Notes: generated by a model not told the origin, from the letters alone. A DNA stretch of 64,000 nucleotides from Takakia lepidozioides (GCA_030704615.1 CM060733.1:20088001-20152000), one strand, 5' to 3'; counted from the stretch's first letter, positions 38,487-50,200 are shown. Translations and numbers: made by a program.

Positions 38487-41400
38487 TTATTGAGCCTCGG
38501 TACTTGAACCTAAAGAAATATTGGAGGTTTCAGAGGAACCACTTCCAGAGTGTACAGCAATATCATCTATGAATACAGCAGCACATCCATGACGTTTTTT
38601 TTTTCCTCGACCTTCATGGAGATGCGAGTACAGTGTTTGTTCGGATAATACCCGTGCGCAAGCTTCCGCGTAAACCGGCAAGCGGTTGGATCTAGGGGGG
38701 CTCGGGGACATGTAGTATCCTTGGAAACCGAAAGGCGTCTGCTGATTCGATGACTGGTGCTGAACTCTGCAAAGCAAGAAGAGGAATGGTGGTATATGTT
38801 AACATCCAGATATAGACAACGAAAGCCACTATTTCTCGAATGGGAACGACACAAGGAAATGCAACATATTTTGCACGAGTACACAAGAACTTACTCACAC
38901 TCAAAATCGGAGTCCACGTCCAGATCCTCGTCAGGCGCTTCGGGCTCCTCCAGAAGTCCCTCTGTGGATGGGGCAGAAGTAGTGCCCGACTCAAGCTGAC
39001 GAAGCTCGCTTGAGAAGAGCTCTGTATCAGCTTCCATGCCGAAGAAGTGCCTTCCAGCGCTCTTGCAAGCATGAAAACATGCTCCTGCAAATCCAAGAAG
39101 AACGAGAAATAAAAACCGGGTTTCCCTAAGGTCACTGCCCATATGTCAAACACAATGTGAAGGGCCCCACCTGTGCCCATAGACAAGTCAACCACTCGCC
39201 CACCATGACGGCTGCATGTCTCCACCAAAGTCTGCATGAAAGCTGGAGATTTCTCCCGTGCACCTCTCCAAGGGACACCATTCGTCCTTTTCATAGTCCG
39301 ACCCGAGTCGACGTAATTGAAGATAACATCATCCTCCACAGGCTCGCAGGTGGGGTCAATGTGAGCTGCAAGGTCCCTCAACTGAAACTCAGCAACACCA
39401 GCAGGAAGAGTGTCCGTCCGCCTCACCAGGCACAAAGCTTCGAACACTCGTGTCTGTCATTAATCACGAAGACAGAATGAGACAGAAGACATAACCCACC
39501 ATTTTGATTTACCGGAAAACCACGAAACATCAATTGAAAGGAACCAACTCACTTTCTGCCCCGGGAACTCGCCCTTCGTAAGAGGCAGAGTATTGATGCA
39601 TGTCCAAGTTTTGATGACACGAAACCCGGAAGCTTTCATGTAGCTGAAAAGAGTTCTTCGAGCCGACATGTCCTTTGACTGCATGAGAAGAAGAGCCCCC
39701 GAGTCCGAAAGGAACTTGTTGCTGAACGAGAAAGCCCACTGCCAGTAACGAGAATCCGATTTGTTCCAAGTCGGGGTCGAATTGGAAGGAAACACATCAG
39801 GGACAGGAAAACCGTCAGGAATGTCCAGCACCACAAGGTCAGTCGCGTATGCCTGTTGAACTCCATTCACCCATTCCGGACTTTTTGTGACCTACAGCCA
39901 AAAACATGAGACATTGTAAGAAGCCAAATCCAAATCTAACAGGAGATCAATCCCCTGGACAAGCCACAACAAGCTGCCAAACACAATTATTCATACAACA
40001 GTTTAGACATAAGTTTTCACCTGAGTGAGGAACGAAACAAGCATGTCCCACGATTTCGAGGGCACCCCTTTGAATGTGGACTTCCTTGACTCCATCATTG
40101 AAAGAAAACTTTCATTCAGCACCTTACGATTGAACTGGCCCAAAACCCTGGAGGGATGTTCTCTCGCCTCGAAAACTTGCTCCCTGGACTTTGAAGTTCT
40201 CCTATCCCTCCTTGCGGGAGAAGGCTGTCTTTCAGGAACCTCTGACGGTCCCTGTCCTTGCGGAGCTGCACTTTTCCCCTTCCCCTTCGGATCCCCGACA
40301 ACCTTCCCCTTTCGTTTTGGAGTAGCAGTTTTCTCGGGCTCTTTTGCAGCCAGAGCCGAAATGATTCTGTCCTGGATGTCTTTCTCAGCCAATGGGGCAA
40401 TCGCTGCGGCATTGTCGTTCAGGTTTCTCAAAACAACTTCATCGAATGGGGTGTCCTGTTTTGGCAGGTCGAGGTACCACCCACAGTCTCGGAAGTGCGC
40501 CCTGCTCCAGTCTTTGGCAATACCAGCCGTGTACATTGTCTTGTCATTGGAGGGGTCAGCCCATGAATAGATGAAATCTGGGTCATCGCTAAGGTACTTT
40601 CCCGGTATGAGGATATGATACATATACCTGAATCACATACAAAAAACGCAGACAGTCATTCGATCAGAAAACGAAATAGAACACACATCCGGAAAAAGAT
40701 ATTGAAATGCAGGAATGCAAAACTGAGAATTCTACTTTTGAAATCCCGAATTAACCTTGCGTTGACGCAATGTTCATTCTAGCAGAAATGGGGAACACCA
40801 AATGATAATGTTGTATTGATAGAGACAACGAATGGAAGCGCGATTCAACATTGCTTCAACGCAAGGTTGTTTTAGGGTTGAGAGGAAATGGAAAACACTG
40901 CATGAAAACTACCATCAGACTATGTACTGGTGCGGATATTCAACATTGCGTTGGCGCAATGTTGAAATCCTCTGTTGAAACACATGTCAATGGTATCTGA
41001 TAATCATAAGTTTCCTACAATTGTATTGAAATAGGTGGATGGCTGCGGGAAATTTGCAACAAACCATACCGCCAAACAACCTTGCGTCAACGCAAGTCTG
41101 TTTGTTGGTACACTTAAAGTTGAAAATAGCATTTCAAACCGACTAAAAACAGACTTATGTTCATCTTGGCAGCATTGGAACTGGATTTGAACTGCCCAAA
41201 ACCACAGGAAAAGCTACATAGCCTGACACTTCATCAACCTTGCGTTGACGCAAGGCTGATTTTCCAGTCAGTTTATCCCTTTCACATTGAGAAAAACGGA
41301 ATTATGGGATACCCAGGTATAGGTAAGTGAAACCAGAACAATGGGAATCAACCTTGCGTTAACGCAATGTTGCTCGACTGCACATGCAGAGCCCTCAGAG

Positions 41401-44287
41401 ATATCGCAAAGCACTGCAAATTCGCAATTCCTTATGGAAAGAACGACACAAGATTGCAGAAACATGCCCTTCAAGCACCAATTTTGATTCAAGGAGGTCA
41501 CACCTGTACAACACTCGCTTCATTGCTTGCTCGCTGTTGTACTGGTTTTTGAATTCGTAAGACCTGGAGATTCCTTTCTCTTTCTCAAACTCCCTGAAGA
41601 AGCAGTTGTTCCAGACAGCGAGCTTCCATCTCCTGATATAGGCCTCCAGTGTGATCCGGGGGCAAGCCATCTGGATTTTGTAGTCTGCCATCGACTCAGC
41701 AAGTGCAGCCACTGCACGTTTTTCTAACTGCAACAAGAAAGCTCGTAAGAATTTTGAAGAGGTTACGGAGCATCAAAAATGTCTGAAAATGGTTTGGTTC
41801 AAACCTTACCTGGCTCCAGAATGTGGCTTTGTGTAGCCACTGGTCGAATGTGTGGTCGCTAACAACTCTTATTGCTTGTGTCTTCGGGTCCCTCTCTGGA
41901 GTTGGGAACATGTTCGTGTCTCTCACAAGAGGATCCGAATTCCATATCTCCAACCACCTGATTTTGGTTGCATTGTCCACCATTGAAATGGAAAGGCGAT
42001 GTAGTTTCTCTTGAGTCATTTCTGGCTTGGAGCCATACTTATCATAGTGTGCTTTCACCTGTTCCAGAAATTCCGTGCCAAGACCTGGGTCTGCTATCCG
42101 GATCTGTTTGTCGAATGCACTCATGAGGTTCTTCCTTTGATTTTTCATCTCGAACTTCATAATGTCCTCAAGCCCAGTTGCAGACCGCTGCTCTTCTGTG
42201 TGGGAATCATAGTACTCTGCTTTCGCCTTCAATCCAGTTTCTGCTATTTCTTGCTGCATACATAACAGGTAAAAAGAATCAAAGACTGCAATTTCATCAC
42301 AAAATTTGCAGTATTAACAGGCAAAAGGTGTCAAAAAGCTTACAGTGTACATGTACTCAAGAAAAGCCTCCCTTGTCAAGCTGTACCATGTGCTTGTCTT
42401 CTTCTCAGCACACCTCTTCATCTGCTGAGGACTGAGCACGTTCGTGAATGACTCCAGTGGCATCAGCCCTACCTTCTGGATGCGGAATAGAGTGTGGCAC
42501 AGATTGGTCGTCACATGAGATGTTTCATTGGACCTGGAAAAACCTTCAACTCATAAGATGATTTCAAATTGTCGAAACAAGTAACAGACACAAAGTTGGA
42601 AACTTACTTGTTTATGTCGTGCATGGCTGTCAAGAGCTGCGTGACACGTCCTTTGTGATCGAGAACCATGGAAACCACGCTCCAGTGCCATTCGATGTCG
42701 TCCGAGTGCAAGCTTGAAATGTAATCCATCCAGGCAAGCAGTCTGTGGTTCCCATCCCAGACAAAAAACATCTTTCCCATGAATGCTTTTGTGGAGGCCT
42801 TTTTGGACAGCTTGAACTCGAACTCCCTGTTTACATCCCGCCAGCATGCATCCCAACCTTGCTCAATGTCTCTGTTACAAGACACTCCTCTCCTTTCGTG
42901 TTCATAGTGGATACGTAGAACACTGCTGATCCCTTGACATAGCCGTGAACAAAGTCGTTCTTCAACTTCGTTATATCGTTCCTCAAAGCCGGTCGAACAG
43001 CGGGCATGGAGATCATCCTGCACAGCGGAATGACCAGGTTTCCTCCCGGAACCTCCATCGACAAAATCACCTTCGACGAGTTCACTTTTTGCCCACCAAT
43101 TATCTCCTCGGCCTTGTCTTCATAGTTTCCCTCCAATGCATCTTCCTCACCTTCACCTTCTGACGCGGCCAAATCTTCCCCCTCGGATTTCTTTTTTCTT
43201 TTCCTCTGCACAGAATGAATTATCTGTGAGTGACAGATTGAGCACCCATGGATCAACATTGCTTTGACGCAAGGTTGATTGATGGGGATGTAGTTTAGAC
43301 TGAAAAGCATACAGGAAAGACTTTTCAAGCAAAAAAGTGCTTTGCGTTGACGCAGGGTTCTTTTGGGAGCTTCAACTAATCAACTTTCCCTACCTTACAT
43401 TTCAGGATATGAGAGATCGGACGCCTCCATTGAACAAAAAACTCATCAAAACAGCCTTGCGTCAACGCAATGTTGATTCATGTGCGGCATCTGTTCGTTT
43501 CACTAGAAGTTCTATCATACACAATGGAGGTAGGCATCAACCTTGCGTTGACGCAAGGTTGATTGCGAGCTCTCGGATCGGTGTTGAACAAACACAAAAG
43601 CTACAGGAAAAGTTGACTGTTGTCTCTTCTTCTTCTTCAAACTTGATGATGCGTCGCAAGCATCCATGTCTGTCTAGCTTGATTGTAGAGCAGCATCTGC
43701 ACTGTTTTCATGCACAATATATACGCTTGGGAGGTCGACTTCAACCTTGCGTTGACGCAAGGTTGATGTCGACCTCAATGCTTAGCAAGAACCAAAAGAA
43801 TCAGAGAGAGAGAAAGAGAGTTCATAGCCACCTCCGGTTTCTTCTTTGCACTTGATGATGCTCCTGACGCATTCAATCTTTCCATTTCGTCTGGAGGTAG
43901 CATGCTTCCAAGGAGGTCCCGATGGTGCGAAACAAGGGCAGACGGCATCGTTTCCGCGTCCGTTTGTTCTCCCTGCTCTTTGAAGACCTGTTTCTCTACT
44001 CGCAGTGCTTCCTCCCTAGCCCAGCTCACTTCCTCGTCCTCCCCCCCTTCTATTGGAGGTTGCTCATCGGTCGCCTCCGGGATCACTTCAAGACCTTCCT
44101 CTCCACACTGCGGTTGCAGAATCCTGTTCTGCCCTTCGTCTTCCTCTACGCCGGATGTTTCTTCTCCCATTCTAAGTTCCCGTCTCGCCTTCCTCATCCT
44201 CTCCTTAGAGCGTGCCCTTTGCTTCTTTGATGTGAAATAAAGTGTTCTTCGACGCTTGCTTCTCCCTCGGAATGGGGTCACCGTCTC
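38487..44287 (-). CDS. TE cargo gene, ~1200 aa: basic/acidic N-terminus, ParB/Srx-like domain, beta-class N6A/N4C DNA methyltransferase fold. Exons 44287-43832, 43205-42608, 42533-42344, 42253-41810, 41727-41504, 40627-40021, 39891-39553, 39453-39171, 39084-38895, 38766-38487. Start exon unresolved; one frameshift at ~42870
   Basis: Nine GT-AG introns with consistent phases. ParB-like motifs VRPALRNDITKLKNDF...FFVWDGNHRLLAW. MTase motifs in beta order: DLVVLDIPDG (IV), REKSPAFMQTLVETCSRHGGRVVDLSMGTG (X-I), ACKSAGRHFFGMEAD (II). Confidence 0.8.
40753..41372. repeat. Intronic palindrome array 1, consensus CAACCTTGCGTTGACGCAAGGTTG
   Basis: Six copies at ~40753, 40846, 40939, 41077, 41233 and 41349, all inside intron 40628-41503. 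Confidence 0.9.
43252..43776. repeat. Intronic palindrome array 2, same consensus
   Basis: Five copies at ~43252, 43340, 43452, 43536 and 43731 (the last is a 46-bp near-perfect palindrome), all inside intron 43206-43831. Confidence 0.9.
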
Positions 44288-44920
44288 TGCAGAATCCAGG
44301 GTTGCAAAGACAATAACGAGAAGAGGGAAAAAAGAGGACTATGGGAGGTTCATCGCAAGGCCTTCAACGCCAAGATGTTCGCTCGCAACGTTCAGTGCGC
44401 CACTGACTCATTCCACATGCATGGCGAACACGTGTCCATCTAATCGTTATGAAATATCGGCGGAGATCATTGGATCCTCATCCATTCAAAAACCGTTGGG
44501 GTCTAATCACCTCCCATCTGAAAAAGTTCGTTATTCTGGCATGTTCCAGAGGAATGTCAAGTGTGTACAGTTGTACAGCGGTGTAGGTGCCGTTAAAATT
44601 AAATGGAAATGGGCATCTCTTCTGGCCTCTCTGACATGACAACCAAACGGCGGCTCTGTCAGTCAATCTGTCAACGAATGCACTGGTGGGGCACTTGTGA
44701 AAAAACAGTTGGATTCTAGGATTAGGGCTGACATTATGACCATGCGCTTGGTTTGCATGGGGAGACATTTCACAGAAGTGGAAACCCGCGTTAGGAGATC
44801 TGCAAGCCGGAGCGATACCTGCAATTCTCTGTGAGGACGCCAAAAACTCCGCTCCCACACAATTTGCATTCACAAGCACGGTCGGACTGTGAACTCTACT
44901 TTCTGAAGCAACATCGACAT

Positions 44921-47900
44921 ATGGCCTCCCAGGCCATGGGCTCCCTTGATGCGGACTTCTTCAGTGAGGACCACCCTGTGCCATTTTCTTACGAGGTGGA
45001 AGATGATGGTTTTGCGCTGGTGCATGAACACGTCCTCGCAACGCAGTTTCGGTTGGAAAATGGAACTCTATTCCTTCAAAGGGAAGTGTACGATGCCAAT
45101 GGAAAACTGCTCAAGTACGTGTTCCAGAAACCTTCGCATACTGCACCAGCCACACAATGGAGAGTGCCTCCAGGCAGATACAGGGTGCTCAGTGCCCCTC
45201 TGAGACAGTCTGCAGGATCTTTCGTTACTCCTGGCACGGCAGCATCAGTGGCCCAGGAGAAAACACCCGTGGTTGTCAAGAAGGAGACGAGTACCGTTAA
45301 CACTGTAGTTGAGCTTTCGGACTCATCCTCCGATGACACATGTGCAATACCGCCCGTGGATCAGCCATGTCCACCTGTAGAAGCAGATGTGGAGGAGATC
45401 ACCAGTGTCATTCCTAAACTGAAAGCCATGGGAGGGATGGCAGGATTCAAGAGTGAGTTGAGGGGGATAGACTGGAGCACTTTCAATATTCAGAGGGTGG
45501 CATTCTTGCCGGAATCTTTTGATGGTAATATTGTTTTCGAGCTCCCTCCTCCTGGTCGCTTGGGGGGCATTTCTAGTCTCCTGGAAGGAATGGACAAAAA
45601 GCACGATGGGCACCCTTGGTGCCGCACAAAAACCTCCAATATTCACAACAACGACAAACTCATATTCAGGCGAACAGTCTGTAATGGGCACCTGAAATGC
45701 GAGAACATGAAATGCAGACACTTCGCATTGTCAGGTGTGCAAAACCAAAGCGAATGGGATGGTGTCAGTGAGAATCCATTCAAGCCTGGGGTGACACCAC
45801 CATACAGTAACACTTTTGTGTGCAAGTTCTGTAGGGTACCACCTTGCTGCCTTGCTTTGTGTGGCGCCAGAATGTATTATGTGGTGCATCGATTCAAAAC
45901 CCTGACTAGAGCCTGTGTCCATTTCGGTTTTCACAACCACCCTGTGTCCAAGGGGGATTATAGGGAGAGCGTTGACACAGTCTCGCGTCTGATAAGGCAA
46001 GAGTTGGATACCAATCCAACTGGAACCACATCTGCAATTGCCATGGGGGCGAGCAAGTCCTTTCTGGAAAGCCGTATTCTGTGTGCATCAAATTCGGTTG
46101 GAGGAATACTGGAGGGATCGGCTTTGGACACTGTTATGGACCATTTCTCAACTTTGACTTCTCCAAACATTAGGAATCAGGTGAACGCTTTAAGAATGGG
46201 CTCTGGGAGCCGAGGTTATATGGACAATATTATGGATTTGAAGAAAAGGAGCATGTATGACTACATCCAAGACAGCGTTTTCCCGGGACAAGGAGCCAGG
46301 AAAGTGTTCTTGTTCAAAATGTCCACAAAAGGTGAGGGCAGCGGGGTCAGCCTGGTTAAACGTATGCAGAAGGGTGGTGATCTTGGCAACTGTTTCCTTA
46401 TGTTCGATCATGTCAAGAGGGTTAAAGACTGGACCACAATGGCATGTCATGTTTACGACCCTGTGTACCAGCGGGTCATGACAATTGCAGTGTGTGACAT
46501 GCAGTCAGAGGACACAATTCACAACAGCTCATGTGGGAAGCTCTCATTCGAGTTATGGCCTCCAATGGTCTCCCATCTCCCAATTTCGTTGGTTTCATGG
46601 CCGATAGTGCTCAAGCTAACTTCAACGCTGTCCGCATTGTGTTCGGGACGGGAGACCCAAAAGTGCCAATGCCTGGAAGAGAACGTACATGTCTTTTCCA
46701 TTGGACACAATCCCTGGACAAACACACAAAGACATACATCAAGCCAGATATGCAGACTATGCATCGCCAACTGTGCAACCAGTACAAGGACGCCATGGGG
46801 GAAGCGAATACATTGTTCCAGACAATTCGTGCCTGGTGGTACTCATCTGGAGCGGCATCGGAGGACAGCATGAGGGCACTGCAAGACTGGTTCGCATTTT
46901 GGCACTTCCGTTACCGACAGTGGGGAGCGGCCATGACAACGGTGAGTGGTTTGTATTCACCTTCGTTTGGGTGCTTCGGATATATCTTTCAGGGTCCAAT
47001 CCTAATATCGGGTTTCTGTTTTTTTTCCTTGCAGCATATGTCCATTGAGGAGATGGCGGACATGCCTTCTTGCAATCTTGCAGAGACAGTGCACAATGCC
47101 TGGTTGCAGCAATCCGGCAAAAAAGGGAGAGATTTGTATGCGGCGACGGCCGATGACCTCATTCGTGCTCTACAGCAGCAAACCAGATATAGGTCATTCT
47201 TGAGGGGTGGCCTTGGTGGCAAAGGTCCGGACAGGAGCGAGTTGATGTTGCGGGCAGCTGGAAGATCAGGGGATCCCAGCAAAATAGCGCGGGCAGTGAG
47301 CATATGTGCAGATGGCACCCCTCTCGTGGGAAGAGTTCCCCATCTGGAAGGCGAAGAGAGATTCGGGTCTTGCAAACGGAAATTGGACACCCCTCCCGGA
47401 TCAGATGCAGATTCCCATAGGCCGGACAGGGTGAACTTCTCAACGCCACGTGTTCACTTGGATCAGAGATGGAATTGCGGAACATCACAGGTGAGGGCTA
47501 CTCTGGCCCAGACCGGACCCCTGCATCAAGCATTGTCACTGCAATGGTTGAAGACCACAACGTGGTGCCGCATATAATCGAGTCCATGGGCTTGGACGAG
47601 GTTTGGCATATAGAACGCACAAGTGCTGGATCTCGTGTGAAATGCGCGGCGATCAGGGCCACCAATCATGAAAAATGTACATCATTAATCTCCAGAGGGA
47701 AAGAACGCACTGCAGCTCCTACATTCACGGGTTTGTTTCTCCCTTACGGACAAGGCGAGGCAAAGAACCACAAGTTCTGGTTCTGCGCTGACGATTGTGG
47801 GAGATGTGTGCATGGTACAGTGAGGCCTTCCGTGGTAAGGAAGCCTACTCCACCAACCGTGTGGCCTGTGAAGATGGGCACAGGTCTCACTCACCGAGAG

Positions 47901-48414
47901 ATTGCAATGCTGGAAGAGGCGGGTTTCTCCCTAGCCAGACATTCCATTGCACGTGAAGGTGCTTCAAGTGGAAGCGGTTCACGGGTACCTCCCCTGACGC
48001 TCACTTGTGGCCAACCAGACGGAACGGGAAGCTTGTTCGACGATTCCCTCCAACCGCAGAACATACGGCAAAATTGAGTCCGCCAGAATGCTTCACGCTC
48101 GTGTTGCGGGAACAATGGAAGTGCCTGATCCAGGGTATGGTCGGGTCTTCACCATGATCTCATCCGCATCTACGCTGCAGGACAGGACGTACGAAATCAC
48201 TGTTTCCAATTTTCCCAATTGTACATGTCCAGATTTTGTTGGTATGCTTTCAAGTAGTTTGGGAAAGAGAGGGAAGTTCATACCGTGCAAACACCTTTAC
48301 TTCGTCTTCTTGAGAAGGATGGTTTGTGATCCAAAGCGCGACTTCTTCATTCACCAAGCCACTATGAGTTTCAACGAAGTCAACACACTTCTACAGCGGG
48401 ATACAAGCCCATAA
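44921..48414 (+). CDS. MULE-type DDE transposase with WRKY/GCM1-like N-terminal zinc domain and C-terminal SWIM finger; intron 46942-47034; frameshifts at ~46515, ~47465 and ~48000
   Basis: DGHPW...CNGHLKCEN...HNHP (WRKY/GCM1-like), FLMFDH (D1), FMADSAQANFNAV (D2), CLFHW (CxxH), SCNLAETVH (E), and YEITVSNFPNCTCPDF...PCKH (SWIM). Confidence 0.85.
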
Positions 48415-48596
48415 AAATCGGTGTTTTCCTTGACTACAACTTGTAATGGAATGACTATTCAAGTCCAGTGACTCTCAATGTATGACGTCAAACATCTTTG
48501 CTATGCGTGGGTCAATGCATTTGTCGCATTGGTTTGTCATTCTCTTTTCATTAGCAAACAAAAGAAACTACCTTCAGATAGACAGATGATTAAATC

Positions 48597-48828
48597 AACC
48601 TCGTCTCAACACGAGGTTTACTTGAAGTTCTCCAAATCCTCCTTGTGTTGACACAAGGATGATTTTAGTTCTCAGAAAACAACATCGTGTCAACACGAAG
48701 TTCATTTTTGTTCCAGGAAAACAACCTTGTGTTAACACGAGGTTTTGTTGAAGTTCTCCAAATCCCCCTTGTGTTGACACGAGGTTCATTTCAGTTCTAC
48801 GAAATGAAGCTCCTGTTAACAGAAGGTT
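48597..48828. repeat. 42-bp-period palindrome array, consensus AACCTYGTGTYRACACRAGGTT
   Basis: Copies start at 48597, 48639, 48681, 48723 and 48765, with a degenerate one at ~48807. Confidence 0.85.
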
Positions 48829-49077
48829 GAACTCCAGAAGCCCAAAACCCTCATCCGTTTCACCTTCATGTGGTGAAATCAGCAGTTCGGGGCTCCACGG
48901 TTATAGGCCCACCTTCTTTGTGGTGACGTGGCATAACCTGGACCAGGCTCACGCCACGTCAGCATCAGCGCCATGTCAGCAGCATGAGCGTAGGCTCACG
49001 CCACGTCATCATTGTGTGAGCGTACGCTCACACGCTCACGCGCCAGGCTCACGCGGTAGCGTCGTTGGGTATCGATG

Positions 49078-50200
49078 ACATCTTCCAATACCAACCTGTC
49101 CAGGTATCAGTGAGCAAGTACAATAGAATATCGGACTAAGCATACATTCCACTGTTGAGTCTCCCGGCGGTTCTCATCATATTTTTGAGGTTTCTTGTAC
49201 TGGTAATACTCTCGGCAGTGCAACAGTTTCTCCGCAAACGTGGAGTCGTACAGATTCTCCTTGTTTGGTTTGTTGAGCACTTTCGAGAGTGTCACCAGCC
49301 GTAGCTCATCTGTTGAGTAGATGATCTTGGCAGGCCAGGTCTCCAAAAATGCTATGTGATGAAATGATTAGGGACTAACAGAATGACAACAATCGAAGAG
49401 CTTATCATGTTGATGACCACCCTCTTCCATACACATTGGCCGGGTTGGTCGAATCTCTTGGCAGAAGGTACACTGGCACTTTGAAGTCAATTAGATGGTA
49501 CGAAACAAGCCGAGCCTTTATCTCCTGCTTGTGTCTCTCCGACAGCGGACGATAGACCTTGTGGCTGGGAGCTAGGAAGCACTTGCGCACGTCAATAATC
49601 CAAATGGAAAAATATCTTTATAATCTTGGACCAAGATTTCCTCGAGAGCCTTGGCATCTTTCATGTCAAATGTTTCGTCAGCCTTCTGCCGCTTCTTTTC
49701 CTGATTGTTGACAATGTCCAAAGGTTTGCCTTGCTTTTGACCTCCCGCCTCCTTACCATCCCCTTTCCCAGTATCATTTGTACTTGGTTTCCTTCCCTTC
49801 TTCGGCGCCGGTTGCCTTTCCTCCAACGTCAATCTAGTCAAGACATTGTTGTACAGGGTGTTGTCGAGAAATTGCCAACTCCTCAAAACCTCTACCTCGA
49901 CGTCTTCCGCATCCCTAGGAATCTTGAAACCTAGCTGCACCGCGTTTGGCATAAGATCGGAATTAATCGACATCACATCGAGCGAAAAACCCAACACCTT
50001 CTCTCCAGATCTTCTTCTCTCTTTGATGAACACTGCGAGGCCTATCTTATTGTCCTCAACGGAGTCCTCTATTACAATCGTGTAGAATTGAAGCGTTTCA
50101 ATTTGTCCTCCAATCTGGTAACGGAAGACGGCATTCTCTGGGGCATTCAATGACTCCACCTCTATACCCCAGAATATAATCTATTCAGCTCATAGAATCC
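49078..50200 (-). pseudogene. Degraded ORF inside the long-inverted-repeat element, disrupted by the MULE and continuing at 38034 leftwards
   Basis: Consecutive frameshifted ORFs (195, 61 and 79 aa). Removing the MULE and one TSD gives an open ...WYWKMSSIPMESWKH followed by GTAAGC. Confidence 0.55.

Larger units (their letters stand above)
38035..49066. mobile_element. Mutator-like (MULE) DNA transposon with divergent transposase and ParB-methyltransferase cargo gene
   Basis: Direct repeat TGGGTATCGATG at 38023-38034 and 49066-49077 (TSD 9-12 bp). Imperfect TIRs share CGCGTGAGCCTGGC, with GTGAGC/GCTCAC subterminal repeats. Encodes a MULE-type transposase. Confidence 0.9.

Noticed and set aside
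40753-43776. CRISPR array interpretation of palindromes separated by unique spacers
   Set aside because: The context is eukaryotic and intronic, spacer lengths are irregular, repeats are degenerate, and no cas genes are present.
43337-43855. 172-aa plus-strand ORF with repeated QPCVDARL
   Set aside because: The peptide repeat is just the translated palindrome inside an intron of the minus-strand gene.
44831-46873. 680-aa ORF as a complete protein
   Set aside because: It is the transposase N-terminal part. Sequence after ~46515 is off-frame, and the likely start is the ATG at 44921.
38035-49066. Bacterial or phage contamination as the source of the ParB-MTase gene
   Set aside because: The gene has nine phase-consistent spliceosomal introns, sits in a TSD-bounded eukaryotic transposon, and has a second diverged copy in the window.
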